DNA from: Flavobacteriales bacterium
GTDB taxonomy: Bacteria > Bacteroidota > Bacteroidia > CAIKAF01
DNA length: 64,000 nt
NCBI GenBank assembly: GCA_018401695.1
Contig: JAGYKD010000001.1
Location: 348,016 to 412,015, forward strand
Direction of reading: 5' to 3'
The stretch's first letter is position 1. Each line of letters begins with the position of its first letter. Position numbers and translations under genes: made by a program. This document shows, in pieces, positions 43,901-53,966 of this stretch. Below the pieces are notes generated by a model. The model did not search any database. It was not told the DNA's origin and worked only from the letters and a program-made list of their open reading frames with translations.

Positions 43901-44421
43901 TGGTTGGCAGGATTGACACCGCCACCACCATAACCCACATTTGAGCCAGTCTCAATGCCAACATATTGGTCAGAATAGAAAGAAGGACCACTAACATAAG
44001 TGGTATAGGCACAGTTTGGCCCGGAAATCGCAAAACCAACCGTTTGCCCGGGCTGCAATAACAAACCTACCGGCAAAGGAATGGCTTGCGGCTGTGGAGT
44101 ATTAAAATTAGGACTTTGTGCTGTAATGCTCGCCGTACCTAAAGACACCCAACCGTTGGCTGAATTGATAGTTGGCGAGCCATTTATCGGAGTTAAATTG
44201 TACCACATCTCCACCGTTGAGCTTGTATAAAAAGCGCAATAAATAGTGTCCACTATAATGGGTGCAGACAAGGCAGACAAATTGAACGTAATTCCTGCGG
44301 CTCCATTTCCTCCTTGAAGAGGCGGAACATTTGTAAAATAATTGGTCTGACTGTGCAGCCATCCAACACTCGCAGCTAAGAAGCTTATTCCTGCTGCAAA
44401 CAATCGTACCCGTTTCAACAT
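37984..44421 (-). CDS. Giant T9SS cargo protein (3 Ig-like plus beta-helix modules, PKD, CTD), 2145 aa
   Basis: Three NNAA/NDAG...GTYT/GNFT...GTNF modules ending PDPGAWEF, PDPGAIEF and PDIGADEM; WDFGDG PKD; VYPNP...RIVKM. Confidence 0.88.
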   Translation of the reverse strand: MLKRVRLFAAGISFLAASVGWLHSQTNYFTNVPPLQGGNGAAGITFNLSALSAPIIVDTIYCAFYTSSTVEMWYNLTPINGSPTINSANGWVSLGTASITAQSPNFNTPQPQAIPLPVGLLLQPGQTVGFAISGPNCAYTTYVSGPSFYSDQYVGIETGSNVGYGGGGVNPANHPRQFNGGVVYSLANQGFNNAAALGINPSLVCPGSNAMSLDVANFGSNQINSLTVNWSLNGTPQAPVPVNQLLDTIGGNGSNTATIPLGNVNFVAGVPTTIVAWTSAPNGGNDTINGNDTVSVTITPSLTGTYTLDGNQPTAGTNFNNWNDLATALNTFGVCGPVDINVASSAVFNEQVTFTTIPGASLVNRINIHGNNATLQFSGTTSDRQVIRFNGASYVTLEDLNIVTQSTTFGWGVHYTGGCTNDTIRNCNLDISAVSSTTSTNSAGIVVSGSNTSPTTNGANCDDCAILNNTINGRTLSGGLYYGISVIGQNGGGSGAQNILVQGNEIRDPYFYGVYFNDVDGAKIWDNEVHRPTKSATTTFYGIFITGDSYNSRIERNYIHRPQGTSTMTAVAYGLYSAADVLQGQELLMANNVVYNFGSNGTQYGIYLSSPEYNLVYHNTVSLDDNAFSGTSATYGLYGTSNMIGTEILNNLISVTRTSTGLSYGMYFSTTNAVLAAMNNNNVYVNANGTNYYGYYNTPHFTRVSFAAASNNQYENLSQDFDPVFVNPAAANFQPQSPGFNNIGANLNALVPQDITGFTRLSSPDPGAWEFDGAANDAGISQFINPGLNFCPGNDSIFVRLNNPGSNPLTSVDVAWSVNGAGQPTVSLSGINLPANNDSVLFLGLFPLTGTGPFTFQAYTTQPNNTSDAFAGNDTTTISVYGGLAGTYTLDGTLPTGGTNFATWGALDTALFLGGHCGGVDVFVNPVDTINEQITIRNYANASAQNYLYVHGQGGVLSAQPNVTNRHLLRLDGAKYVSVDSLTLIGEDLTYGYGVHFIGDNQFDTLRYLTVDLSSITSTSTINSTGLLFSGSTTSTSSTGIVASNCAVEHSSFLGGPGGGPYYGMRMNGLTFGAGNVNNRIAHNKFYDAYAHQVYFNNVDSLVFVGNEMARPTRTTLTTFYGIYSTGDMERSLIDGNIVTNPNGGSPGYTGTTYGIYLLADAQPGLENTFSNNIIYGMNSNGILYGTYASSALGNRLLHNTISLDDQSATTGSTTYGAYFTGTGTASSFVNNIVTVSREGSGTKYGLYINSTLAVDSTENNVVFVNPLAGTPYYGFYSGIQPTLFDYQTNTPGWESNGVSTDPLYFNAAGGNLRPTALGVDNIGADLLTLVPTDHFGVARTSTPDPGAIEFIVPNNDAGVFAILNPGKNYCPGSGTVEVNLRNYGLLNLTDVLVDWEINGAAQPQVALSGMNLAQGQDTNVVLGSFNFATGQTYIVEAYTSQPNNVVDEEFSNDTSVVVVNEGLSGNFTIDPNLASGGTNFVSFNEAADTLEARGICGPIVVEAVSGVYNEQVEFFEVPNSSAVNTVTYRSQSGDSTDVAISFGPTVSTLNYVVRLNGANHLNFEHLTMKSEGPSNYRVLEFIGGSEHNRIANTELIGDTSITTTSTLRTVIWSQSGSGGDNYNTFEQNRIRGGSYGIYWYGSSAAGGNEVGNSFINNKIEDSYFYGGRFENQDSLVLQGNDLMSESGYTSTSFGYYTSSTGPGLHLEANRVVGNGEWPNYGFYMTSGAGTNSGPNAFYNNVAIVGDSGVTDLTYGVLVDDMVNLRMANNTSIIRESDDLSAAMAVTSGTNIESFNNNLVARGNAIPVIFNSSLFVAAPDYNNYFTSGPFLAAVNNLGYPNLAIWQNQTGWDANAVSVDPGFLAWDDHHHCSPILDGAALPLANLTKDWDGDARSSVVPDIGADEMFEGVNFTLGPDIWKCAGDTVTLSDFAIAPGSYFWSTFENTNTIQVVQPGEYSLFLVGTCSTGTDTVEVFDYPPPTAAFTSVESFLTSAFTNGSTGTGLSYAWDFGDGNSSTDQDPIHIYGADGNYTVTLTVTDSCGNASSVTKTVVISTTGFEETVQQSLVVYPNPTVDLVQVSFLNTSGEEVKLRLLDLTGREILSRSVKGKAGVQQTSLNLTGQAKGVYLIEIQFGEIKSQTRIVKM

Positions 44422-45167
44422 AATTCTTTAAATGATTGACGATTTAAATTTAGTGAAAGAATTGGTTAATATTTGGACCAATATTAGCGGCCAATGTTAA
44501 ACAATCCTTAATCGCCTGCTTATCAGATAAATAAAATACTCTAATTTTAAACTTTAATCTTTTTTAAGGCTTGTTTCCACAATAATAAAAATGCAACACC
44601 CCCCCCACAAATACCTCAAAAACACGCATTTAAAAATAAAACCCAAGCAAATCGTTTGGAATCTGGACACAATCCCCACCTAAACACCTCTCCATACGCT
44701 GATTTCAAACCAAAAAAAAACGGCCACTAAAGCTCATATTATATACAATTGTTTACAGCCGCCCTATGCATCTGTTTTTTTTTTAAAATCTACATGCTAC
44801 TCCATAAAAATCGTCTGGTATTTAGCATATTACAAAAGAAACCTTCTGGAAATATTTGGCTAAGCACTTTTGTGTAAGGTTGGGACAAACTTTTAGTTAA
44901 TTCAAAGCTCACCTACAGTAGATTGAAAGTTTTCAATTTGACTCTTTATGTTCATTGTTCAACTTTAGCAATGGCATACGATAGGACATTCAATACTTAA
45001 GTCGCCCATGCTTCAAAAAAACTTCTTTTATTGGGGAAAAGATGAGCATTGAAACATAAAATAAAACAAGAAAGGCCAAGAAACCTTCCTCCAAACAGGA
45101 AAATCTTTCGGCCAAACTCAGCTTCTAATGCAAAGCACTAGGTGCTCTATCCTAATCTGCTCAGGAA

Positions 45168-46415
45168 TTAGAGATCCAAAAGCACCTCTTCGGGCTTTTT
45201 GCCTCCAAAGAGCATACGCTCAGGGTTTTCTAGCAGATCCTTAACCATCACCAAAAAACTTACCGACTCTTTACCATCAATGATTCTATGATCATAGCTT
45301 AAGGCCAAATACATCATAGGCCTCACCTCCACTTTACCATCTATGACCATAGGACGTTCCTGAATTTTGTGCATCCCCAAAATAGCTACCTGAGGAGGAT
45401 TAATAATGGGGGTTGACATTAAAGACCCGAAAACTCCTCCATTAGTTATGGTAAAGGTACCACCGGTCATTTCATCTATAGAAATTTTCCCATCTCTAGC
45501 CTTAATGGCCAAATCTTTAATGCTCTTTTCGATATCGGCTAGACCCAAGGCTTCTGCATTTCGAATTACAGGCACCATCAAACCCTTCGGTGTACTCACA
45601 GCAATCCCTATATCCGCATAGTTATGATATATAACTTCTTCACCGTCAATTTGAGCATTTACTGCAGGGTAAGCTTCTAAGGCTTGGGTTACGGCTTTGG
45701 TGAAGAAGGACATAAAGCCCAAACCTATGTCGTGCTTCTTGCCAAAAGCCTCTTTATATGCCTTCCGCAAATCCATAATTGCGGTCATGTCCACTTCGTT
45801 GAAAGTGGTGAGCATGGCGGTCTCGTTCTTGACAGACACCAAACGCTCCGCCACTTTGCGACGCAGCATGCTCATTTTCTTCCGTTCCGTACCGCGGCTC
45901 AAGCTGTCTTTTTGCGGACTAAACCCTTTGGCCAAGGCTGCTAAAACATCTTGCTTGGTAATGCGTCCACCTGGGCCACTCCCCTCAAGGTCTTTTGCCT
46001 GCAAACCTTTTTCTGCCATCATCTTGGAAGCGGCCGGCGAAGGGTGCCCACTGGCATGGCTTTGGGCCTGGGGTGCAGATTTCTCTGCTTCTTTGGCTGT
46101 AGATTTTTCGGTATTTTCTGGCTTCACTGCCGGAGTTTCTTCCTTAGTGGCTGCCTTGGGTGCTTCTGCTGGCGCTTCCGCGGAGGTATCGATTTTGCAA
46201 ATCTCTTCGCCTACTTGCACGGTTTCACCCTCAGGAACTGTAATAATAAGCCTCCCGGAGGCCTCCGCTGGAATTCCTAAGGTGGCTTTATCGGAGTCTA
46301 CCTCAACAATATCTTCGTCTTGGTATACATAGTCGCCATCGGCCTTTAGCCAGGCCGCAATCTCAACTTCAGAAATGGATTCGCCCGGACTGGGCACTTT
46401 CATGGAAATTTCCAT
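45168..46415 (-). CDS. sucB: 2-oxoglutarate dehydrogenase E2, dihydrolipoamide succinyltransferase
   Basis: VDSDKA lipoyl site, [16 protein letters not shown]. Confidence 0.97.
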   Translation of the reverse strand: MEISMKVPSPGESISEVEIAAWLKADGDYVYQDEDIVEVDSDKATLGIPAEASGRLIITVPEGETVQVGEEICKIDTSAEAPAEAPKAATKEETPAVKPENTEKSTAKEAEKSAPQAQSHASGHPSPAASKMMAEKGLQAKDLEGSGPGGRITKQDVLAALAKGFSPQKDSLSRGTERKKMSMLRRKVAERLVSVKNETAMLTTFNEVDMTAIMDLRKAYKEAFGKKHDIGLGFMSFFTKAVTQALEAYPAVNAQIDGEEVIYHNYADIGIAVSTPKGLMVPVIRNAEALGLADIEKSIKDLAIKARDGKISIDEMTGGTFTITNGGVFGSLMSTPIINPPQVAILGMHKIQERPMVIDGKVEVRPMMYLALSYDHRIIDGKESVSFLVMVKDLLENPERMLFGGKKPEEVLLDL

Positions 46416-46433
46416 AGGTCTTGTTTATTCGGA

Positions 46434-49181
46434 TCAGGATACCTTTTCGGTTTCAAATACTCGGTCCAATATGTCTTGCTGTCTTTCCGCAGCAACTTTG
46501 GGTGAACCTGTTGCCGGACTGGCCGATGCTCTTTGGCTTATCACCTCCAGCGGCAAAACACGTTCACGGCTCTTTTGGTTTACCCTCAAAATATAACTCC
46601 ATGCCCCCATATTTTCCGGCTCTTCTTGGGCCCAAATAAATTTTGAGGCATGGGGGTAACTGTCAATAATGGCATTTACTTGCTCTACTGGAAAAGGAAA
46701 CAGTTGCTCCAAGCGAACTAGCGCCACATGTTTACTCTCCGATTCCACCTTTCGCTTCTCAAGCTCGAAATAAATCTTACCACTACAAAAAACCAAGGTG
46801 TTTACCTCGCCACGGTTTGCTTTGCCCACATGAGGATCGTCTAGCACTTCCTGGAACTTGGTGCCGGGCCCAAAATCTTCCAAACTACTAACGCAAGATG
46901 GGTGACGAAGCAAGCTCTTGGGACTCATTACCACCAAAGGCTTTAAGAAAGGTCGGTTCAACTGGCGTCTGAGCGCATGAAAGAAATTAGCAGGCGAGGT
47001 ACAGTTAACCACCTGCATATTCATTTCTGCACACAGATTTAAAAAACGCTCCAAACGTGCCGAGGAATGTTCTGCCCCTTGGCCTTCGTAGCCATGAGGC
47101 AACAGCAAAACCAAACCGTTTTGAGAATGCCACTTATCCTCTCCGCTCGAAACATACTGGTCAATAATTATCTGAGCTCCATTATTAAAGTCACCAAACT
47201 GAGCCTCCCACAAGGTTAATCCCTTGGGGCAGCCTAATGCATAGCCATACTCAAAACCCATTACGGCATACTCCGACAGCAAACTATTGTAAACCGTAAA
47301 CTCCGCTTGCCCTTCTTTAAGGTTATTCAAAGGCGTATACTCTTCTTCGGAATCCTCCACACGCAAAATGGCGTGCCTATGAGAAAAGGTGCCCCGCACC
47401 GAATCCTGACCCGATAAACGAACGGGGTGCCCCTCGGCCAACAAACTGGCATAGGCCAACGTCTCGCCCAAAGCCCAATCCAATCGATTCTCGGAAACCA
47501 TGCCCGCACGATCTTTAAAAATCTTGGTAATCTTTCGCAAAAACTTTTTGTCCGTTGGCAAACCATTTAAGCGCCCCAACAGCTCCTTTAAGCTTTCTAT
47601 CGGAACCCCGGTTTCAGGACTACTTACAAAGTCCTCCAGTTCCGAACGCCTAAAGTCCACGTATAAATCCCCCAAAAATGCCCGAACCACATTTCTTTCT
47701 TGCTGTTTGGCCTTTTCCAATTCCTCATCCAAGCGCTCCCGAAATGCTTGCTCCTTTAACGAGGCCTGCGCTTCGTCCAAAACCCCTTCCTCCAACAAAT
47801 GCTGCTTATACAACAAATAGGTGTCCGGATGCTTGTCTATGTTTTTATACAACATGGGCTGGGTAAATCTTGGCTCATCGCCTTCGTTATGCCCATGCTT
47901 CCTATAGCCCAACAAATCTATAAACACATCCTCATGGTAGCGCTGCCTATACTCCATGGCCAAACGCATGGCCCGAACCACCGCTTCGGGATTATCAGCA
48001 TTCACATGAAAAACAGGGGCTTGAACAACCTTCGCCACATCTGTACAATAGGTCGATGTTCTGCCCTCCAAATAGTTGGTGGTAAACCCAACCTGATTAT
48101 TGATGACCAAATGAAGGGTTCCTCCGGTTTTATACCCCTCCAAACCACTCATTTGCACCACTTCGTACACTACCCCTTGCCCCGCTACGGCCGCATCTCC
48201 ATGAATCAACACCGGAACGGTTTCCTTCCATTCTTTTTTATGCCTATGCTCCGCAAATGCACGGGCCAAGCCCTGAGCCACAGGGCCAACAGCCTCTAAA
48301 TGCGAGGGATTAGGCAACAAATTCAGATTGACTTCCTTTCCATTGAATTCAATCTTGGCATCGTAGCCCAAATGGTATTTTACGTCTCCATCAAAATTGG
48401 CCTCATCGTAAGCCAAGCCCTCAAACTCCGAAAAAATCTGAGCCGCCGGCTTTCGAAAAATATTAAACAACACATTTAATCGTCCCCGATGGGCCATTCC
48501 CATAACAAAAGTAGATGCCCCTAAAGAAGCGCCTCGCGTAATAGCAGCGGTTAAGGCTGGAATCAGACTCTCTCCGCCCTCCAATGAAAACCGCTTCTGC
48601 CCCACAAATTTCCGGTGCAAATACTTCTCAAAGCCCACAGAACGATTCAGATTTTCCAATATGTCCAACCGCTCTTCTTTGTCTAAAGGATACCGGTCAG
48701 TGAGGCTGTCAAATTGACCCTTAAGCCAGTTTACCTTCTCAGGATCGCGCAAATAGGTAAATTCTATACCAATATGATGGCAATATACCTGCTCCAAATA
48801 CGCAATAATGTCCTTTAACTTCGCTGGCCCAATACCTAACTCATTGCCCGCCTCAAATACCGTGTTTAAGTCCTTGTCCTCTAGCCCAAAATTCTTATAA
48901 TCTAAGGTGGGACTGTATTTTCTTCGGTCACGTACCGGATTGGTTTGAGTAAACAAATGTCCGCGATCTCGGTAACCCTCAATCAATGCCATTACCTTAA
49001 ACTCCGCAGAAGAAAATTGATCCTTTCCGGGCATTTGCGGGTAAGATTTCCGGGCAAAATCAAACCCTTCAAAAAATGTGCGCCATCCTTGGTCTACGGT
49101 GTCCGGGTCTTTTTGGTAAGCTTCATAGAGCGATTCCACCGACTCCGGGGTCATATTGCTCAGATACGAAAAGTCATCCAT
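46434..49181 (-). CDS. sucA: 2-oxoglutarate dehydrogenase E1
   Basis: KRFSLEG, GMAHRGRLN, HGDAA, WEAQFGDF, PHGYEGQG. Confidence 0.98.
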   Translation of the reverse strand: MDDFSYLSNMTPESVESLYEAYQKDPDTVDQGWRTFFEGFDFARKSYPQMPGKDQFSSAEFKVMALIEGYRDRGHLFTQTNPVRDRRKYSPTLDYKNFGLEDKDLNTVFEAGNELGIGPAKLKDIIAYLEQVYCHHIGIEFTYLRDPEKVNWLKGQFDSLTDRYPLDKEERLDILENLNRSVGFEKYLHRKFVGQKRFSLEGGESLIPALTAAITRGASLGASTFVMGMAHRGRLNVLFNIFRKPAAQIFSEFEGLAYDEANFDGDVKYHLGYDAKIEFNGKEVNLNLLPNPSHLEAVGPVAQGLARAFAEHRHKKEWKETVPVLIHGDAAVAGQGVVYEVVQMSGLEGYKTGGTLHLVINNQVGFTTNYLEGRTSTYCTDVAKVVQAPVFHVNADNPEAVVRAMRLAMEYRQRYHEDVFIDLLGYRKHGHNEGDEPRFTQPMLYKNIDKHPDTYLLYKQHLLEEGVLDEAQASLKEQAFRERLDEELEKAKQQERNVVRAFLGDLYVDFRRSELEDFVSSPETGVPIESLKELLGRLNGLPTDKKFLRKITKIFKDRAGMVSENRLDWALGETLAYASLLAEGHPVRLSGQDSVRGTFSHRHAILRVEDSEEEYTPLNNLKEGQAEFTVYNSLLSEYAVMGFEYGYALGCPKGLTLWEAQFGDFNNGAQIIIDQYVSSGEDKWHSQNGLVLLLPHGYEGQGAEHSSARLERFLNLCAEMNMQVVNCTSPANFFHALRRQLNRPFLKPLVVMSPKSLLRHPSCVSSLEDFGPGTKFQEVLDDPHVGKANRGEVNTLVFCSGKIYFELEKRKVESESKHVALVRLEQLFPFPVEQVNAIIDSYPHASKFIWAQEEPENMGAWSYILRVNQKSRERVLPLEVISQRASASPATGSPKVAAERQQDILDRVFETEKVS

Positions 49182-49321
49182 GCTGCTGGGGCGATCGTGA
49201 TGATAAATACTCCCACAAAGGTAAGATTTTTTCTACGCGACAGGTCCTTTACTCTACACCCTAATTCCTTTTAAATACAAGGGTTTTCACTTAAACTGAA
49301 TACCTGTAGAATTAAGTGGGC

Positions 49322-49490
49322 TTTGGGCGCCTTATCCCGCCCTCTCCTTTAGTGTTGTTGCCCAAGCCGGGCAGCCCTAAAGCCTACGGGGTCCCCTCCC
49401 GAAACTTCGGGAGGGGCCTCCGTGGCTCAAGGCCTGCCTGGCTCGGGCTTCCAACAGCTATCGGTTCGGTCGGGGGCGCATGGTCTTCCA
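49322..49490. repeat. Dispersed hairpin element E7 (subfamily B); inverted copy of 55751-55918
   Basis: TTTGGGCGCC...CGGGGGCGCA..TCTTCCA; apical CCCCTCCCGAA-AC-TTCGGGAGGGG; the reverse complement aligns over about 170 bp with E8. Confidence 0.9.
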
Positions 49491-49612
49491 ATGATTTATT
49501 GCAAAAGCTGTTGTGCAGCCCCCCTCAGCACAGAGCCTTTGCTCAAAAACACCTAACCTCTTTGCCTAATCTCCTTTATTTTTCTCCTCCCCAACCTCGC
49601 CATGCCAGGCAC

Positions 49613-49639
49613 AAAAAAGGGAGCCCTAAGACTCCCTTT
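49613..49639 (-). terminator. Rho-independent terminator downstream of the mutase operon
   Basis: AAAAAAGGGAG-CCCTAAGA-CTCCCTTT. Confidence 0.7.
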
Positions 49640-49779
49640 AGCTTGCCCGCTCCCACTGAAGCATATACTGTTCAAACCACGAATCCTATCTATAGCTTCC
49701 GGACAAACGTTTTACCCAAACGTTGGATTGCACCAAAAATTTTTCAGAACTTACCCCTTTCACCTTTTTTAACTCTGGA

Positions 49780-51912
49780 TTAGGAAGCACTTGGGGAATC
49801 AGGCATCAATAAATCCAGCACTTGAGCTGCGGCTTCAGGAATTTTGGTACCCGGACCAAACACCGCCGCTGCCCCCGCATCAAACAAAAAGCCATAATCC
49901 GCCGAAGGAATTACTCCGCCAACAATCACCAAAACATCTTGGCGCCCATAAGACTTTAAGGCCTCAATCACTTCCGGAACCAAGGTTTTGTGCCCGGCAG
50001 CCAAAGAGCTTACCCCCAAAATATGCACGTCGTTTTCTACTGCCATCCGAGCTACTTCAGCCGGAGTTTGAAATAATGGGCCTACATCCACATCAAACCC
50101 TAAATCGGCAAAAGAAGTCGCAATTACTTTAGCCCCACGGTCATGACCGTCTTGACCCATTTTGGCCACCAAAATCCGAGGCCTGCGACCTGTTTGTTCT
50201 AAAAACTGATCTACTTTAACTCTCGTGGCCTCAAAACCTGCATCTGATTTCATACCCTGGGCATATACTCCTGAAATGGTTTGAATGTGTGCTTGATACC
50301 TACCAAAAACATCTTCCAAAGCTTGAGAAATTTCACCTAAAGTAGCTCTGACCCGAGCCGCCTCCACTGCAAGTGCGAGAAGATTCTCCTTTGCTTTTGC
50401 TCCTCTACGCAAAGCATCAAGAGCTTGTTCCACTTTTTCGGAATCGCGTGCTGCCCTAAGTTGCTCAAGACGCTCTACTTGCTGATGCCGCACTTTCTGG
50501 TTGTCTACTTCAAGCAATTCCAAATCGGTCGCATCTTCTACCCGGTAGGTATTTACCCCAATCAATACTTCTTCACCACTGTCTAGTCTTGCCTGTTTGC
50601 GGGCGGCGGCCTCTTCAATTTTTAACTTGGGCAGGCCGTTCTCTATGGCTTTGGTCATTCCACCCAAGGTTTCAATCTCTTCCAAATGTACCCGGGCTCT
50701 TTCGACCAATTTTCCCGTTAAATACTCCACATGCGCCGACCCAGCCCATGGATCAATATGTTTGGTTACCCCCGACTCTTCAGAGATAATCAACTGAGTA
50801 TTTCTGGCAATGCGGGCAGAAAAATCGGTAGGCAAAGCAATGGCTTCGTCTAAACTATTGGTATGCAAAGACTGTGTCCCACCCAGCACTGCGGCCATAG
50901 CTTCCACAGCAGTTCGGGTAACGTTATTGTAGGGATCCTGTTCGGTTAAGCTGTAGCCGGAGGTCTGACAATGGGTGCGCAACATCAAAGATTTAGCACT
51001 TTTAGGACCAAAGGACTTTACCAAAGAGGCCCACAACAAGCGGGCAGCCCGTAACTTGGCAATTTCCATGTGGTGATGCATACCTATAGCAAAGAAAAAA
51101 CTTAACCTGGGGGCAAAGGCGTCTACATCTAAACCACTGGCAAGTCCGGTGCGAATATATTCCAATCCATCCGCTAAGGTGTAGGCCAATTCAATATCTG
51201 CCGGTGCTCCTGCCTCATGCATGTGGTAACCCGAAATGGAAATGGAATTAAACCGAGGCATATGCGCAGCCGTATACCCAAAAATATCCGCAATCAACCG
51301 CATGGATTCCCGGGGTGGATATATATAGGTGTTCCGAACCATAAACTCCTTCAAAATGTCGTTTTGAATGGTCCCACTTAACTGCTCCGGCTTCACTCCT
51401 TGCTCCTCTGCCGCTACAATATAAAAGGCCAGAATAGGTATAACCGCTCCATTCATGGTCATAGAAACCGACATTTTTTCCAATGGAATCTGGTCAAAAA
51501 GCAACTTCATGTCCTCAACCGAATCTATGGCTACACCGGCCTTTCCAACATCACCCACCACTCTTGGGTGATCGGAATCGTAGCCACGGTGAGTAGCCAA
51601 ATCAAAGGCGACCGAAAGCCCCTTTTGCCCCGCAGCTAAATTTCTTCTGTAAAAGGCATTGGACTCCTCTGCAGTTGAAAAACCGGCATACTGACGAATG
51701 GTCCAAGGCCGCAACACATACATTCCCGGATAAGGCCCCCGCAAAAAGGGAGCAATTCCGGGTACATAATCCAAATGGGGCATACTTTGCCAATCCTCAG
51801 CCTTAAGACCGGAAGGTATGTCTATTCCCTCCGGACTCGAAAAGCTGCGGTTGCCTCTCTTCATTTCTGAAGTTCCCGGCCCGGTAGCAAGTTTTTTATA
51901 CCTTGGTCTCAT
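49780..51912 (-). CDS. scpA: Methylmalonyl-CoA mutase, large catalytic B12-binding subunit
   Basis: [28 protein letters not shown] cobalamin motif. Confidence 0.97.
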   Translation of the reverse strand: MRPRYKKLATGPGTSEMKRGNRSFSSPEGIDIPSGLKAEDWQSMPHLDYVPGIAPFLRGPYPGMYVLRPWTIRQYAGFSTAEESNAFYRRNLAAGQKGLSVAFDLATHRGYDSDHPRVVGDVGKAGVAIDSVEDMKLLFDQIPLEKMSVSMTMNGAVIPILAFYIVAAEEQGVKPEQLSGTIQNDILKEFMVRNTYIYPPRESMRLIADIFGYTAAHMPRFNSISISGYHMHEAGAPADIELAYTLADGLEYIRTGLASGLDVDAFAPRLSFFFAIGMHHHMEIAKLRAARLLWASLVKSFGPKSAKSLMLRTHCQTSGYSLTEQDPYNNVTRTAVEAMAAVLGGTQSLHTNSLDEAIALPTDFSARIARNTQLIISEESGVTKHIDPWAGSAHVEYLTGKLVERARVHLEEIETLGGMTKAIENGLPKLKIEEAAARKQARLDSGEEVLIGVNTYRVEDATDLELLEVDNQKVRHQQVERLEQLRAARDSEKVEQALDALRRGAKAKENLLALAVEAARVRATLGEISQALEDVFGRYQAHIQTISGVYAQGMKSDAGFEATRVKVDQFLEQTGRRPRILVAKMGQDGHDRGAKVIATSFADLGFDVDVGPLFQTPAEVARMAVENDVHILGVSSLAAGHKTLVPEVIEALKSYGRQDVLVIVGGVIPSADYGFLFDAGAAAVFGPGTKIPEAAAQVLDLLMPDSPSAS

Positions 51913-53357
51913 TCCTGTTCTCTGCTTTGGGCGGTTTCCTTCTTAAGCCGCTCTATTTCTAAACCTTCACTAAGCCTACTAGGCCTAATTTTCAAAAACT
52001 GCAATGGCTCTTCGGGCTCAGAAGCCAAAATTCGACTAAAATCACCACTCCGCTTCTCTTCCTTGGCAATATATGCATTGCTTCCGACCAATACTATGTC
52101 CCCTTTCAAAAAGGCTTGTTGTTCTTGCGCCGCATTAAAGGATATCATTTGCTGAATGTGGTTTGATTTTAGCGCCTCAATCATGCCCCCTTTTTCCTCA
52201 ATTTCCAAAAACAAGGTCCAAGCTTTTTCCGCTATTTTTTGACTAAGGTTTTCTAGCATATAGGCTCCTGCCCCGGGATCCTGCAAGCCTCCCATCCGGG
52301 CCTCGTCCCGCACCATTAGTGGCACATTTCGTGCCCAGCGGTAAGAAGCTTTATCCGGTGTTCTAAAAAAATGATCGTAAGGCTGCATGGAAACTCGGTC
52401 GGCACCACCGGTAAACGCCGTCATGCATTCCAAAGCAGCTCTAACCAAATTGTTGGGTGAATCAAATAGGGTCTTATTTCGCAATCCGGGCTGTACATGC
52501 ACTTGAGGAGCTTTATACGCCTGGCCTCTTTGTTCCAGCAAATTGGCCCACAATACCCGAAAGGCGCGCAGCTTGGCCATCTCTGAGAAATAGTCGGCAC
52601 TCAACATTTGATGAAACCTGAACTCCATGGTCTCAATCAATCGGGCCTCGTCTAAACCGGCATCCCCTAAATAATGCAAATAGTCCGATGCCAGTGCCAA
52701 AGCAAAAGCCAATTCCTGAACCGGCCCTGCCCCCGCCTCGCGATAAAAGCCCGCTTGAATGTTGAGCCAGCGAAATTTTGGCAATTGCTCCATGCCATGA
52801 AGCAAGGTTTGATGCAACACCTGCATGCTTTGCCGCGCCGAACTTTCAAACTTTCCGGTCCGTGCAGCACGTGTGATGGGGTCCAATACAAAACCTCCTT
52901 CCAACTGCTGTACATCGTACCCTTTGGATGCTAAATAATCGGGAATCAAAAACACCGCAGCCGTGGTAGATTCCCCAAAATCCATATATATGGGCACGCC
53001 CCAATCCAGTCGGATATTTTCAAACAAACGATCTAACTCTGTATCGGAAGGTTGATGGACATGCTCTAACCAAAGCCAGGTGGCTCCACCATTCAACGCT
53101 TCCAAAGCCCTGGCATTTGCCTCGCTGATTTTCTCCAGGGCTATCCATTGGCCAACCGCATTTTGGGAGGGCATATCTACTGCCCTATCCGGCACTCCTG
53201 GCAAGTCTTCGGCCCGATACAAGGCTTTTACCTTCAAGCCGTCTACGGTTTCGTGCACAAACTTTGAGGCCTCCTCAGCGTTCTTTAAGCTGGCCCTAAG
53301 GGCTTCTGCCCAGGCCGCAGTTTCGGGTCTCGGAAAAGAATCGAACTGGTTTTCCAT
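51909..53357 (-). CDS. mutA: Methylmalonyl-CoA mutase small subunit
   Basis: [36 protein letters not shown]; 4-nt overlap with the large subunit gene. Confidence 0.88.
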   Translation of the reverse strand: MENQFDSFPRPETAAWAEALRASLKNAEEASKFVHETVDGLKVKALYRAEDLPGVPDRAVDMPSQNAVGQWIALEKISEANARALEALNGGATWLWLEHVHQPSDTELDRLFENIRLDWGVPIYMDFGESTTAAVFLIPDYLASKGYDVQQLEGGFVLDPITRAARTGKFESSARQSMQVLHQTLLHGMEQLPKFRWLNIQAGFYREAGAGPVQELAFALALASDYLHYLGDAGLDEARLIETMEFRFHQMLSADYFSEMAKLRAFRVLWANLLEQRGQAYKAPQVHVQPGLRNKTLFDSPNNLVRAALECMTAFTGGADRVSMQPYDHFFRTPDKASYRWARNVPLMVRDEARMGGLQDPGAGAYMLENLSQKIAEKAWTLFLEIEEKGGMIEALKSNHIQQMISFNAAQEQQAFLKGDIVLVGSNAYIAKEEKRSGDFSRILASEPEEPLQFLKIRPSRLSEGLEIERLKKETAQSREQE

Positions 53358-53477
53358 AGGCTAAAGATACAAGACGTCGAGGAATGACTTTCGGTATCCG
53401 AAGCGAACCAATACTAAATGAGACCGTTTCTTATGGTACCTTTATATGGTAAATCACTCCTTTATAGAACAATAGTT

Positions 53478-53966
53478 ATGAAAAACATGACTCATGAGAT
53501 GCGTTGGGCTATTATTTTTTCCGCAGCACTGTTGCTGTGAATGGCTTTGGAACGGCTGGCCGGCCTCCACGATACACGCATTCATCTTCACATGTATCTA
53601 ACGCTTCTTTGGGCTTTTCCGGCCATTGCCATTTACGTGCTTGCCATGCGTAAACGGCGCAAAAACCATTTTCCCTTTTCCTGGAAAGACGGTTTCAAAT
53701 CGGGGCTTTTACTCACTGGTTTTGTTACGCTGTTAAGCCCCTTATGCCAATGGATCACCTCGAGCCTTATAAGCCCCGACTATTTCCAAAACGTTACAGC
53801 ATATGTGGTAAACCACGGAATGATGTCCCCGGAAGAGGCCCAAGCTCAATTCAATTTAAGCGCTTACATGCTGCAATCGGCTTTTGGTGCTTTGGTCATG
53901 GGCATCCTTACTTCTGCCTTGGTGGCTTTATTCCTTAAAAGAAAACCAAAAGTCGAGAAGGTTTAG
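53478..53966 (+). pseudogene. DUF4199-family membrane protein interrupted by an in-frame TGA at 53538-53540
   Basis: MKNMTHEMRWAIIFSAALLL*MALERLAGLHD...ISPDYFQN...FNL; the reading frame continues across the stop. Confidence 0.65.

Noticed and set aside
53358-53477. Cobalamin riboswitch upstream of the methylmalonyl-CoA mutase operon
   Set aside because: No B12-box motifs, and the promoter-like element lies only 4 nt from the start codon, leaving no leader.
53538-53540. Genome-wide UGA-to-Trp recoding
   Set aside because: TGA terminates many intact genes here and Trp is encoded by TGG throughout; this is a single isolated case.
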